Source: Deltaproteobacteria bacterium (GTDB lineage Bacteria > Desulfobacterota > Syntrophobacteria > BM002). From it: 64,000 bases of DNA. Positions 46,738 to 56,842 of the stretch are shown one piece after another. The stretch lies in assembly GCA_019309045.1 (NCBI GenBank), contig JAFDGZ010000002.1:79435-143434 (forward strand), given 5' to 3'. Numbering within the stretch: the stretch's first letter is position 1; each line of letters starts with the position of its first letter. A model generated the notes under the pieces. The model did not search any database. It was not told where the DNA came from and was given only the letters and a program-made list of their open reading frames with translations. Position numbers and translations under genes: made by a program.

Positions 46738-47029
46738 AATTCTTGAATTCTCCTTGTTACAATCTGCTTCCCCGGTCAATTCTAGGTTGGCATCGAATCC
46801 ATACAACAAAGGCCCTGCGACATCAAGGGGCGCACTGAAATCGTTTACTAAAACTGGGAAATATCCTATTTTTCAAAGGCTGGCTCTGCTTCTTTCCCTT
46901 TCTACGGCCAACTATTTACTGCCTGCTGGAAAAAAAACATAAGAGGTTGGACATTTTTTTCTTGATTTTCTGTGATAGTAAGATGATATTATTTAGATAT
47001 GCCAGTCTCCACTGAGGGAGGTGACTGCC

Positions 47030-47305
47030 ATGAATTTACCGGCTGTTGACATTTTACAAAGTGCCATGGACCAGCCGAAAAATCTTTTCGGGCAGCACCT
47101 TCATGCAAAAAAACTTCCTTCCTTTCTGCCCCGCGAGCTCGAATTTCAGTCTATGAAACTGCCGAGCTCCGCACTGCACCTGATGGACAGAAAGGACCAG
47201 TCTCTCCTTCAACCTATGGCAATTGCCGCACTGGACCATTATTTTTGCAGATTTGTTACCGAATCGCTTGGAGAAAGTAGAGAGGTCCAGGCAAGAGCAC
47301 CGTAG
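47030..47305 (+). CDS. hypothetical small protein (91 aa)
   Basis: Strong RBS GGGAGGTG 9 nt before ATG 47030. Upstream has a -35/-10-like TTGATT...TAAGAT. No recognisable domain. Confidence 0.35.
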   Translation: MNLPAVDILQSAMDQPKNLFGQHLHAKKLPSFLPRELEFQSMKLPSSALHLMDRKDQSLLQPMAIAALDHYFCRFVTESLGESREVQARAP

Positions 47306-47536
47306 GCTGCCCCATGAAGACGCATCATTGCAGGCTGCAAAATTTGTGGGCCCAAAAGGCGGCTCAGACTTCTGGTTGTGTTTCCACAGATGTGAATAAC
47401 ATACGTGCTAAGATTTGCTGTTCGAGTCCAGCTTATGAGACAGAGTGGAATAGACATCATTACAGCAGGACCACTGGCAACTTAGGGAAGCAAGCCGTTT
47501 CTGCTTATCTGTTTTTTGATCATGCTTTGACCGTGG

Positions 47537-47563
47537 CCTGAATAGCTAATCGAGATATTCAGG
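47537..47563 (+). promoter_or_regulatory. 8-bp perfect inverted repeat CCTGAATA-N11-TATTCAGG upstream of outer-membrane protein gene; candidate operator
   Basis: Seen in sequence, about 190 nt upstream of ATG 47749. Confidence 0.3.
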
Positions 47564-47748
47564 GGACAACTGTGCTTCATGGGTGTTAACGAGAAATTGT
47601 CAGTCGTCAAAATGACTGCCAACGCAGGGTGCCGCCGCTGGGGCCAGAGGCGCTGTGCAGAGAGAAGGGAGGTGAGACAGCCTTTTGCTCAGAGGTTTAT
47701 TTGAACTAATTCATGAAGAACCACAGTAAATGGAGAGAGGAGGAAGGC

Positions 47749-48924
47749 ATGCGAGTATGGGTCATTAGGTTATTGGCAGTGGCGCTCTGTCTCTGCTTGG
47801 CGGTGCCGGTTCTGGCAGCCGATCAGGGCGAGAGCGTCTGGGCGAAGTACAACATGAAGATCTGGGGCCGGGTGAAATTTGATGCCCAATACGACACTTC
47901 CCAATTTGTCAAGTACAATGATTTCCTTGGTGTTCCAGCAGACAGCAAGAAAACCTCCGACTTTGACAACGACTCCGCCAACTTCAACCCCAGGGACACC
48001 CGCCTTGGCTTTGCAGCCATGCACGCTGTGGGAGATTGGGCCGGCAAGGGCGTGGTTGAAATTGATTTTTACGGCACCAATGCCGGTGACAACCTCATTC
48101 CGCGGATGCGCCTCGGGTATGCGGACCTGGCCAACAAGGCGTCGGGCACCAGCGTCAGGGTGGGTCAGGACTGGACTCCGGTACAGTCATTGAACCCCTC
48201 AACCATTGACTTCGGCATCCTGTCAGCATCGGGGAATTTATGGTGGCGGCGGCCGCAGGTGACGGTGCGCCAGAATGTCGACATAGGAGATGCTGGCGGT
48301 CTGCAGCTTCTCGCAAGCGCCATGCTGGCCCGGCGGCAAAGTACATCGAGCAAAACCAGGATGCCCTGGGCCCTGGGTCGGGCGGCCTACAGCTTCGACC
48401 TCTGGGGCGGCAAACACATGCTGGCCCTTGATGGCGGCTATCAGCACGACAAGGACAGCAATACTCACAACACCATCAATCGCTGGCTGGTGGGCGGCGA
48501 GTTCAAATTCAATTTCAGCCCGCTGCTGGTCAAGGGTGAGGTCTGGACCGGCAAGGGCATTGGCGGCGATTTCCTCCGCTATGACCTCGACAAGTACGAG
48601 GACAAGGCTGACAGCAGGAACGTCTGGGAAGCCTGGGGCGGCTGGATTGACGCCACTTACAAGCTGCTGCCCCAGTGGAGCATCACCGCCGGTGTGGGCA
48701 TAGATGATCCTGACGACAGCCAGTATGAAAGGGATACGGGCAATCTCGACCGCAAATTTACCCGCAACATAACATTTTATACCAATACCTGGTGGAGCCT
48801 GGCAAAAGACGTAAAGGTGGGTTTCGAGTGGCTGAACCTGACCGCCACCCGGAAAAAGGTGAATCGCCACCATTATGACGACATGGGTAATCGCTTCACC
48901 CTATCGCTTTATTATGGCTTCTAA
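47749..48924 (+). CDS. outer-membrane beta-barrel protein (porin-like), C-terminal aromatic residue
   Basis: Signal peptide MRVWVIRLLAVALCLCLAVPVLAA. Alternating amphipathic beta strands; ends ...LSLYYGF. Confidence 0.7.
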   Translation: MRVWVIRLLAVALCLCLAVPVLAADQGESVWAKYNMKIWGRVKFDAQYDTSQFVKYNDFLGVPADSKKTSDFDNDSANFNPRDTRLGFAAMHAVGDWAGKGVVEIDFYGTNAGDNLIPRMRLGYADLANKASGTSVRVGQDWTPVQSLNPSTIDFGILSASGNLWWRRPQVTVRQNVDIGDAGGLQLLASAMLARRQSTSSKTRMPWALGRAAYSFDLWGGKHMLALDGGYQHDKDSNTHNTINRWLVGGEFKFNFSPLLVKGEVWTGKGIGGDFLRYDLDKYEDKADSRNVWEAWGGWIDATYKLLPQWSITAGVGIDDPDDSQYERDTGNLDRKFTRNITFYTNTWWSLAKDVKVGFEWLNLTATRKKVNRHHYDDMGNRFTLSLYYGF

Positions 48925-48956
48925 AAGGTTTGATTGAATCTTTACTCGGTGATATC

Positions 48957-48989
48957 GGGGCGGTTTTCCAGCCGCCCCGGTCTTTTTTC
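48957..48989 (+). terminator. Rho-independent terminator (GGGGCGG-TTTTCCA-GCCGCCCC followed by T-run)
   Basis: 7-bp perfect GC stem followed by TCTTTTTT, 33 nt after the porin stop. Confidence 0.6.
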
Positions 48990-49106
48990 AGCAGCTGCAC
49001 CATGGCACATTTTCCTGAACCATCTATTGCATAAACTCGTGGACAGCTCAAAACTGCAGCAAGCAAGCCGCTGCCCCGGCCCCGGCTCATGATTGGCAGT
49101 CTGTTC

Positions 49107-51008
49107 TCAGCGTGCTGTGAGGTTGTAGCAGAGAATAATGCTCTTTTCTTCGCCCAGGATGCTCTTGATGCCTGCTGACTGCTTGGCGCAGAGGATCAAC
49201 TCCTGTATGCCGTCGCCATTTAGATCGCCGACCTGGAAGCTGCTTATATCTCCCTCGATATCGCCGGTTTTCCAGTTTTCCAGCATGCCGCTGCCGCTCC
49301 ACGTCAGAGAGAGAATTTCACTCTTGCGGTACTGGCGGCTGCCGGTGAGCTGGGCAAAGCCCGGTATGTTGTGAACAACGATCACCTCGAGTCGGCCGTC
49401 GCCGTCCAGGTCAGTGAGGAGAGCTGAGGATGTAAGGTATATGAAGTGGTAGCCTTCTTCTTCAACTGTGAATTGAGCGAAACGGCCGGATTCACCTGCT
49501 ATATCGTCACTTGGCTGCGGCACTTCCCTTGCGGGTATTTCCACTTCCAGGTAATTTTCAGTGGTGGCGTAGGATTCTGTGCTGCGCCAGATGAGTTGGC
49601 GGTAGGCATCGTAGAGCAGCAAGTACCTCTTGGAGTTGATCACAAGGGTTTCTATGGACTGCTGACCGGTGATGCCTCCCCTGATGCTGTTGAAGATATT
49701 GGCGCCTTCTGGGAATGACAGCTCGCCAACTGCCTGGAGGCTGCCCTTCTGCCAGGCCAGGCTATAGATTTCCGGCAAGAGGGCGCCGCGGTCGCTGCTC
49801 TTCTGACCCCAGAGCTCTGTGGCCTCACCGGCAATACGAACTGCCCGAAGGTAATAATTCACCTCGTCTACAATAGTCGCAAATTTTTCACCATCCCACT
49901 CGAGGACATAGGATGAAGCTATCATTTTAATGCTGCTCAGCTTCTTTTGGCCGGTGAGGTAGATCTCTTCCCGACCATTGTGATTCAGATCTGCCACAGA
50001 CACCCAGACAAGCCGCCTGAACTTGGCCACAGGTAGTTCAGCCATTGGCACGAGCCTTCCCTGTGAATAGGCATAGATATAAACAGCATGCCGGCTAATG
50101 GCTGCCAGCTTATAAGAGCCGTCGCCAAGCAAGTCGCCGCCGGCCATACTTACTGGGGCATAGCCCAGCACTTGACTCTGCCATGGAGTTGCCTGGGGTG
50201 CCAGTGGAGCTATTGCTGATGCCTGGGGACTAATTTTGCTGCTTACCGGTTTTTCCTGGATCAGCTGCTGCTTGATAGAGGCCAGTTTCTCAGCCGGAGC
50301 CATATGCTGCGGCTGCGGTGGGGCTTGAAGCTGGCCAGGTTCGGCCTTTGCTCTTTGCTGTTGAGCTTGTGCTGGCGGAGACGCTGGTGAAGAAGCTATG
50401 GCTGGAGGTGGCGGCGGTGCCGGAGTCAAAACTTTCGGGCTAACTGCGGCCTGAGATGAAATAGCGGCGAAACCCTTGGCGCTAATATTATCAGCCACCT
50501 GACTGAACCTGGAAAGAAGACTGTCCCTGTCTTCAACGATGGCAGAGAGAGTATAAGGTGGTGTACCCGGATCTCTGCCATAGACCTTAAAGTCAATGCT
50601 GCCGCCCTGGCCAAAGAAGGTGAGGCTGCCAGAGACGAGGTAAGCCGCATCCACCTTGGCCAGCAGCTCCCTAGCTGTTGTTTCGTTCAGATTTTTTCTG
50701 AAGCGTTTAAAGGCCTTCAGCAGTGTATTGGCATCCACGATCTCCACATTGCGGTTGGCCGCAATGCGAGAGGTGAGCATATCCATGAGGCCGGCTTGCA
50801 GGTAGCTCATATCTTCTGGCGCATGAATTTGCACCGGAAGAATAGCGACTCGAAGCCGTTCAGCTGCCCCAGATGGCGCCTGCGGACCGAAGAGCAGGAG
50901 CAAGAGGGCAGCAGAGAGGAGGATGGTCAACTTGTGGTGAAGCTTCGGACTGCCTGGGAGTCGCTGGAACACAGAGACGAGCTTGCTGCTAGAGAGTCTG
51001 TTGCGCAT
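49107..51008 (-). CDS. secreted FG-GAP/VCBS-like repeat protein with N-terminal LpoB/TolB-N-like domain and Pro/Gln-rich linker
   Basis: Signal peptide; N-terminal domain RVAILPVQIHAPEDMSYLQAGLMDMLTSRI; linker PPPPPAIASSPASPP...PPQPQ; repeated DLNGDG / DLDGDG Ca-binding-like FG-GAP motifs. Confidence 0.65.
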   Translation of the reverse strand: MRNRLSSSKLVSVFQRLPGSPKLHHKLTILLSAALLLLLFGPQAPSGAAERLRVAILPVQIHAPEDMSYLQAGLMDMLTSRIAANRNVEIVDANTLLKAFKRFRKNLNETTARELLAKVDAAYLVSGSLTFFGQGGSIDFKVYGRDPGTPPYTLSAIVEDRDSLLSRFSQVADNISAKGFAAISSQAAVSPKVLTPAPPPPPAIASSPASPPAQAQQQRAKAEPGQLQAPPQPQHMAPAEKLASIKQQLIQEKPVSSKISPQASAIAPLAPQATPWQSQVLGYAPVSMAGGDLLGDGSYKLAAISRHAVYIYAYSQGRLVPMAELPVAKFRRLVWVSVADLNHNGREEIYLTGQKKLSSIKMIASSYVLEWDGEKFATIVDEVNYYLRAVRIAGEATELWGQKSSDRGALLPEIYSLAWQKGSLQAVGELSFPEGANIFNSIRGGITGQQSIETLVINSKRYLLLYDAYRQLIWRSTESYATTENYLEVEIPAREVPQPSDDIAGESGRFAQFTVEEEGYHFIYLTSSALLTDLDGDGRLEVIVVHNIPGFAQLTGSRQYRKSEILSLTWSGSGMLENWKTGDIEGDISSFQVGDLNGDGIQELILCAKQSAGIKSILGEEKSIILCYNLTAR

Positions 51009-51208
51009 GGTCTTCCTTCTTTCTCAGGTATGACAGTGTCAATGATGCTACTTGTGGCTCGGCGAAGAGTTTTCACTGGCCATATATACAACATTAGCAA
51101 ACGGCTATTTTGCTCGTCAAGCGCTGCGCTGCTGTGAGGAACTCCCGAACATCTACCAGCATGGCGCCTGTAGTGGTGCGCCTTTGCCCATGTGCACCGC
51201 AGTGAATA

Positions 51209-52621
51209 TCAGTTCGTCTCGACATCTTCGTGCTGGTGCCGGGCGCACACAGGGGGCTGTGGCCCAGTCGCTGCTGCAACCGCTGACCCCATGGGGTCAT
51301 TGGCAAAGAGTAGTTTTTTGATGCTGTAATCTTTGAGAGCCTCCTCAACGGCACGATCTATGCGGTCGACAATGCGCTCAACGGCCTCTTCAGCAACCAG
51401 AGTTTGCAAGTGAGAGTATGAGTTCTCTCCTCCTGCAGCAGCAGCGTCGAGCACATCTTTGAGCCCCACGGTCTCCAGAGGCTGGGCAGGGAGGTAACAG
51501 CAGGGTTCGCTCCCCGTCTGAGTCAAGAGGCCGTGTTCTTGCAGGGATTCGAGGATAGATTCCACGGCTGCAGTTGTCAAAGAGAGGTGGCTGGCGAGTT
51601 GGTCAGCGGTCCATGGAGACTTGCGCTCATAGTAGTTTCGGGCAATCAACAGCATTATCAATAAAGAGAGCTTCTGTTGCAAACGAGGACTCAGTTTGAT
51701 CTCCCCATGGTAGGGTGACAAGGACTCCGGGTGCTGGTGATAGAAGGCAACCGCTGCACCTACCAGAAGGATCAGCCAGCTCAAATAGAGCCAGATCATA
51801 AACATAATGAGAATGGCGAAGCCCGAGTAGATTGCAGTGTATTTTGTAGACTTGACAACAAACGAAGCAAACAACCAGCCTGTACCCTGCCACAACACGC
51901 CAGCTGTTACAGCGCCGACAATGGCAGAGCGCAAACGCACTTTGGTGTTCGGTACAAATAAATAGACGAAGGTAAAGGCAGCAATGATAAATAAATAAGG
52001 AAGCAGTTCAGTCGAGGTGACCAGCAAAGTACCCAGAGGTTCAATGGTCATCAGTTTGCGAACAATGGTTGTAGACATGAAAGAAGCGGTGAGGCCAATG
52101 GCGGCGAACACCAGCAGAGGGCCAATGGCAATAACACTCAAATAGTCGCTGAAGCGTTGCAGCATTGAGCGCGTCTTTTTTACCCGCCAGGTGTGGTTGA
52201 AAGCGCGTTCAATTTTCTGAATCAGAGAAATAACGGTGTAAATAAGCAGTGCCAGCCCAAGAGAGCCGAGCACACCAGCCTTGATATTGTCCACGAAGCC
52301 GATTATCCGGTTGCTGATCTCGACGCCTTTTTCTCCCAGTGGCTTCAGAAAGTTGAGGAGCAGAGGTTCGATCTGGTTGTGCACGCCAAAGCCTTTCAGG
52401 ATGGCAAAGCTTACAGCTAGCAGGGGCACCAGGGCCAGCAGCGTGGTGTACACCAGACTCATGGCTCTCAGGGTAATCTGGCCTTCGAGGATATCCCGGG
52501 CCACCACGTAGCCCAGGCGGCATATCTTGAGCAGCCTTGAGTGCCACCAGGGAAGAGTGTCCAGGTCTGCGCTCCAGAGGAGCCGCTGAGCTCTTTTTGA
52601 CAACTGCTCGGCAAGCACCAT
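51209..52621 (-). CDS. YihY/BrkB family inner-membrane protein with ~150-aa C-terminal cytoplasmic extension
   Basis: YihY core (LRAMSLVYTTLLALVPLLAVSFAIL...FNHTWRVKK) with 6 TM helices. Confidence 0.85.
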   Translation of the reverse strand: MVLAEQLSKRAQRLLWSADLDTLPWWHSRLLKICRLGYVVARDILEGQITLRAMSLVYTTLLALVPLLAVSFAILKGFGVHNQIEPLLLNFLKPLGEKGVEISNRIIGFVDNIKAGVLGSLGLALLIYTVISLIQKIERAFNHTWRVKKTRSMLQRFSDYLSVIAIGPLLVFAAIGLTASFMSTTIVRKLMTIEPLGTLLVTSTELLPYLFIIAAFTFVYLFVPNTKVRLRSAIVGAVTAGVLWQGTGWLFASFVVKSTKYTAIYSGFAILIMFMIWLYLSWLILLVGAAVAFYHQHPESLSPYHGEIKLSPRLQQKLSLLIMLLIARNYYERKSPWTADQLASHLSLTTAAVESILESLQEHGLLTQTGSEPCCYLPAQPLETVGLKDVLDAAAAGGENSYSHLQTLVAEEAVERIVDRIDRAVEEALKDYSIKKLLFANDPMGSAVAAATGPQPPVCARHQHEDVETN

Positions 52622-52911
52622 TCATTCTCGAAGAGTGTGGTTTAGAAAATTTAATCTTTTCAATAAGTGCTTTGTAATCCATTGCCAAAGCCCTTTCAAG
52701 CCTTTTCTCTTCACAGAGGCTGCTTGAGTAACGTCTGAGGTTTCCAGCAATTTTTTCCTGTACCCCCGGCGCCTCTCTGCTGGCTGTGGAAAATACCTTG
52801 CTGCTACTATGACTTGTCTTTCAGATTCAATTAACATCTGAGATGTGCTAGAGAGTAAATTGCCCCAAGATTCAGCAAAATCTATCCGCATAGAAAATCT
52901 GGGAGTACAGC

Positions 52912-55479
52912 ATGATGATAACCGAGAGACCCCTCTTTTCCTGGGCGCTGAAATATAATCGTGGGCTTCAGGGGCTACTTGTCTTGCTTATTGTGGTGGC
53001 GGTGTTCTTACGTGTCTTGCCCCTGGAAATGCAGAAGCGCATAGTCAACACTGCCATTGGCCTGGAGGATCTTCACGCCCTTTTCATATACTGCGGCTTT
53101 TACCTGGCGGCAGTGGTACTGGCAGGATTGCTGAAATATGTAATCAATGTACTGCAAGGCTATATTGGTCAAAAAGTGCTTTTCGAAATGCGCACCCAAC
53201 TATACGATCACATTCTCCAGCTGCCACTTCCCTTTTTTCGCAAAACACCGGCTGGCATGGTGATCAGTTCGCTAACTTCAGAGCTTGCCTCGGTGGGTGT
53301 CTTTCTGGGAAGTGCCCTGGCCGTGCCAATAATCAATGGGCTTACCCTTCTTGCCTTTGCCGGCTATATGCTGCACCTCAATCCTCTGCTGGCAGTGGTG
53401 AGCCTGTCAATCTATCCGCTGGAGATTCTAGTGATCCCAGTGCTGCAGAAACGTTTCAATGAACTAAATCGCGACCGCGTGGATACAACCAGACTATTCA
53501 GCAATGTGATCGGTGAAGCTGTCTCCGGCATCCACGAGGTTCACGGCAATGGCAGTTACCCGATTGAGAACGAGAAATTTGGCCGCCAGGCAGCCAGACT
53601 CTTCAATCTACGGCACCGGATGAACATCTACAAGTTTGGCATCAAGTTCACCAACAACTTTTTCCAGAATATGGGCCCTTTCATTCTTTTCCTGCTCGGT
53701 GGTTACCTCGCCATCGAAGGACGCTTTGACCTTGGCGCCCTGGTGGCGTTTCTCTCTGCCTATGAAAAGCTCTATGATCCATGGAAGGAGCTCATGGATT
53801 ACTATCAGGCCTTTCAGGACAGCCGGGTGCGATATCGCCGTGTTATGGAGTACTTCGAGGGACGACCCGAATTTGTTCTGAAGCCGACAGGCCGCAAGCC
53901 CTATGAACTCCAGGGCGCCATAGAGGTGCAAGATCTCAGTTACCTGGTAGACGAAAACACCACACTGCTGGAAGGAGTTTCCCTGTCCGTGCAGCCGGGA
54001 GAACAGCTGGCAGTAGTGGGATTTTCTGGCAGCGGCAAGAGCACCCTGGCCATGATCCTTGGGCAACTCTATTCGTACCATCGCGGGCACGTGCTCATTG
54101 ACGGCACAGAACTGAAGGGGCTGAGCAAACTGGATGTGAATGAGAACGTGGGCTACATCAGCCAGTTTCCCTTTATTTTCGAAGGCACCATCCGCGAGAA
54201 TCTTCTTTATGGCTGCCAGGCACTCGTGCTGGCAGAAGCGGGGAGCGCCAGGGCACTGCCTGATTATAATAGGGTGCTGGAACTCGTCCATCAGGTGGGC
54301 CTTGCTGATGATGTGCTGCGCTTTGGGCTCAACACCGTATTGTCCCATGAGTATGATCGGGACCTGGTGAGCCGTCTCATCAAAGTACGGCTCCTGTTTC
54401 ACCAGCGCTGGGCTGAGGCGCTGGCCCAGCAGGTGGAATTTTTTGATCTGCACCAGTATATGCGGGAGTGCAGCGTCCGCCGCAACATTCTTTTTGGAGA
54501 GCCCTTGCGAGAAGATTTTGAATTCGAGCGATTACCTACCAATCAGGTTTTTCGGAATTTTCTCTCGGAAGTGGAGCTCATTGAGCCACTGCTAAGCCTC
54601 GGTATAAATCTGGCCAAGCAGACAGTGTTACTGCTGCGAGACCTGGGCGATGACGCCTTCTTTTTTGAGGCAAGCCCCATACCCCGAGAACAGCTTCCCA
54701 GGTACAGTCAGCTGGTGGATCGGTTGACGCGTGAAGGAAAACAACCGCTCTCATCAGAAGATGAAAGGCTGCTGCTCTTGCTGGCTCTCCATTTTACCCC
54801 TGCACGCCATAAAATGGTGGCCCTGTCCGAAGAACTGGAGAAGCGCATTCTGGCAGCGCGCCTGCAGTTTATCGCCAACATTGGCAAGCAGGATCTGAGT
54901 AGATGCTACCTGGGCATAGACGGCATGAGCCATCCGGAACTGATGGACCCGGAGAAAAGACAAGCTTCCCCTGATTTTATGTTCTACTGTCCGTTCGAGT
55001 TCCTTTATGGGCAGAGTATTCTGAACAATGTACTCTTCGGTCGGGTAAAGCGTGATCAACCGGATGCCCTAGAAGAGGTGCAGCGGCTGGTTGTGCAACT
55101 GCTGGAAGAGGAGAACCTTCTGGAGAAGATTCTAGATCTCGGCCTCGACTTCCAGGTGGGCAGCAAGGGAGATCGTCTTTCCGGGGGGCAGAAGCAGAAG
55201 ATTGCCCTGGCGCGTGGCCTTTTGAAGGACCCCCACATTCTCATACTCGATGAGGCCACAGCGAGCCTGGACAACACTTCGCAGGCGAGAGTCCAGGAAT
55301 TGCTGAAGACACAACTGCGAGGGAAGACTACGGTGGTTGCTGTGGTCCATCGTCTGGACATGGTGCAAGATTACGACCAGATTGTCCTGTTGAAAACAGG
55401 CAAAATAGCAGAAATAGGCACATATAAGGATCTGATGGCCCGCAAAGGAGCATTTTATGAACTCGTTCAAGGAAACTGA
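52912..55479 (+). CDS. ABC exporter (TMD-NBD fusion) with ~330-aa insertion and repeated Q-loop-like motifs inside the NBD
   Basis: 6-TM ABC_membrane domain; Walker A GFSGSGKST; Q-loop region TIRENLLYG, then SVRRNILFG and SILNNVLFG repeats; signature LSGGQKQKIALARGLL; Walker B ILILDEATASLD; H-loop VVAVVHRL. Confidence 0.85.
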   Translation: MMITERPLFSWALKYNRGLQGLLVLLIVVAVFLRVLPLEMQKRIVNTAIGLEDLHALFIYCGFYLAAVVLAGLLKYVINVLQGYIGQKVLFEMRTQLYDHILQLPLPFFRKTPAGMVISSLTSELASVGVFLGSALAVPIINGLTLLAFAGYMLHLNPLLAVVSLSIYPLEILVIPVLQKRFNELNRDRVDTTRLFSNVIGEAVSGIHEVHGNGSYPIENEKFGRQAARLFNLRHRMNIYKFGIKFTNNFFQNMGPFILFLLGGYLAIEGRFDLGALVAFLSAYEKLYDPWKELMDYYQAFQDSRVRYRRVMEYFEGRPEFVLKPTGRKPYELQGAIEVQDLSYLVDENTTLLEGVSLSVQPGEQLAVVGFSGSGKSTLAMILGQLYSYHRGHVLIDGTELKGLSKLDVNENVGYISQFPFIFEGTIRENLLYGCQALVLAEAGSARALPDYNRVLELVHQVGLADDVLRFGLNTVLSHEYDRDLVSRLIKVRLLFHQRWAEALAQQVEFFDLHQYMRECSVRRNILFGEPLREDFEFERLPTNQVFRNFLSEVELIEPLLSLGINLAKQTVLLLRDLGDDAFFFEASPIPREQLPRYSQLVDRLTREGKQPLSSEDERLLLLLALHFTPARHKMVALSEELEKRILAARLQFIANIGKQDLSRCYLGIDGMSHPELMDPEKRQASPDFMFYCPFEFLYGQSILNNVLFGRVKRDQPDALEEVQRLVVQLLEEENLLEKILDLGLDFQVGSKGDRLSGGQKQKIALARGLLKDPHILILDEATASLDNTSQARVQELLKTQLRGKTTVVAVVHRLDMVQDYDQIVLLKTGKIAEIGTYKDLMARKGAFYELVQGN

Positions 55480-55990
55480 GAGTCAAACAAGAGCAGCAGC
55501 GGACGGCGAAAAAAGCGAGCTCGAGAAAGACCTGCAGGTGCTGCGCAATGTCCCTGCCTTTTCAGTGGTTCCTCTTGAAACCCTCAGACTCTATGCCTAC
55601 CTGAGCAGGCGGCTCTGCTATCGCCAGGGAACTTTCTTGTTTCGCCAGGATGAACCTGACTCCAGGGGTTATATTCTGGTTTCTGGCACTGCTCAATTAC
55701 TCAGAGAATACCCTGATCGCACGGTTGAACTGCAGGTGCTGAAAGAGGGAGATTTCTTTGGAGGTCTGGCTTTGCTGGCGGACATCAGGAGACTGTTTTC
55801 AGCCAGGGCTCTTACTACTGTGGAGTGTCTGACCCTGGACCGAGAGAGTTTTCGCAGACTGCTCAAGCAATTTCCGGAGGTGGGGATCAAGGTATTGGAG
55901 GTAATGGTCAACCGCGTGGTAAAGATGCAGGCGAGAGTATTGGAGGAATGCAGCAAGTATTCTGAGTACGGCAACATGAGCGTTGATTAA
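55457..55990 (+). CDS. stand-alone cyclic-nucleotide-binding (cNMP/CAP effector) domain protein, no HTH
   Basis: cNMP beta-barrel motifs FRQDEPDSRGYILVSGTAQL and GDFFGGLALL, with no DNA-binding domain. Overlaps the ABC gene by 23 nt. Confidence 0.8.
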   Translation: MNSFKETESQTRAAADGEKSELEKDLQVLRNVPAFSVVPLETLRLYAYLSRRLCYRQGTFLFRQDEPDSRGYILVSGTAQLLREYPDRTVELQVLKEGDFFGGLALLADIRRLFSARALTTVECLTLDRESFRRLLKQFPEVGIKVLEVMVNRVVKMQARVLEECSKYSEYGNMSVD

Positions 55991-56232
55991 CAATAACATT
56001 GAATTTCTGGTTGCGCGGGCTGAGCAGTCCAGTGGGTAAAGCTGGGTTGCAAACAAGTTTCTTCCCAGCGGTCACATGAAAAAGGTTAGCTTTATCAGAG
56101 GGAATCACTAGGCCACCAGTGATGTGGAAGAGAGGAAACAGGTGGCGCCTTGAAATGTCAGGGTGAGACGCTTTGTAAGACAGTTTCATTTTTTGAAACA
56201 ACGTAGTGGGAATTTTTGTCGGTAAACTGCGC

Positions 56233-56267
56233 TTTACTACCCATAACATACTGTATTTCGTAGTAAA
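56233..56267 (+). promoter_or_regulatory. 8-bp inverted repeat TTTACTAC-N19-GTAGTAAA upstream of rhodanese/TauE operon; candidate operator
   Basis: Seen in sequence, about 150 nt upstream of ATG 56412; overlaps a GTAAACT direct repeat. Confidence 0.3.
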
Positions 56268-56411
56268 CTAAATATAGTTCTTGCAGCCCCCTCAGGTGGT
56301 ATGACTATTGCCCCAGGACAAAGGATCGCGCAAATGAGAGGAGATGTGCATTTTCGTGAAGAGAGACAGGAAGACGACATATAACCAAATACTTTGTGAA
56401 GGAGGAGGAAA

Positions 56412-56810
56412 ATGGATGAAGTGTTGAAAAACATGACTCTGGAGTTCTTTGGCACTGGCAGCCATAAAATCTCTGCCGATAAAATGCTGGAAAAAGAAAA
56501 TGCGGTGTTTCTAGACTTGCGCTCCAGAGAAGAAGCAGAAACGATCTCCATAAGCTTGAAACACCATGCCGGTATTATTGCCAAACACATTCCTATCAAT
56601 GAACTGAGCCACAGATTGGCAGAGCTGCCCAGGGACAAATTCATTGGTGTGTTTTGTCCGGCAAACGTCCGCTCAACCATGGCATATGTCTATCTTCTCA
56701 GCAAGGGGTTCACTCAGGTGCGAATAGTCGAAGGGGGCTATGCAGGACTCACCGAGGCCATACTGCCTGGAAAGGTGTGGACACAGGTGCAGTCGAAAAA
56801 AATTGGCTAG
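56412..56810 (+). CDS. rhodanese-like sulfurtransferase domain protein
   Basis: Active-site Cys loop VFCPANVRS. Single rhodanese domain of about 130 aa. Confidence 0.8.
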   Translation: MDEVLKNMTLEFFGTGSHKISADKMLEKENAVFLDLRSREEAETISISLKHHAGIIAKHIPINELSHRLAELPRDKFIGVFCPANVRSTMAYVYLLSKGFTQVRIVEGGYAGLTEAILPGKVWTQVQSKKIG

Positions 56811-56842
56811 TATGTTTGGTCTGCTGCGAGGGAGAACTACAC

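Noticed and set aside
48238-48873. 211-aa minus-strand ORF and several Ala/Pro-rich ORFs inside the porin gene
   Set aside because: They overlap the signal-peptide-bearing beta-barrel gene on the plus strand. They show composition-driven artefacts.
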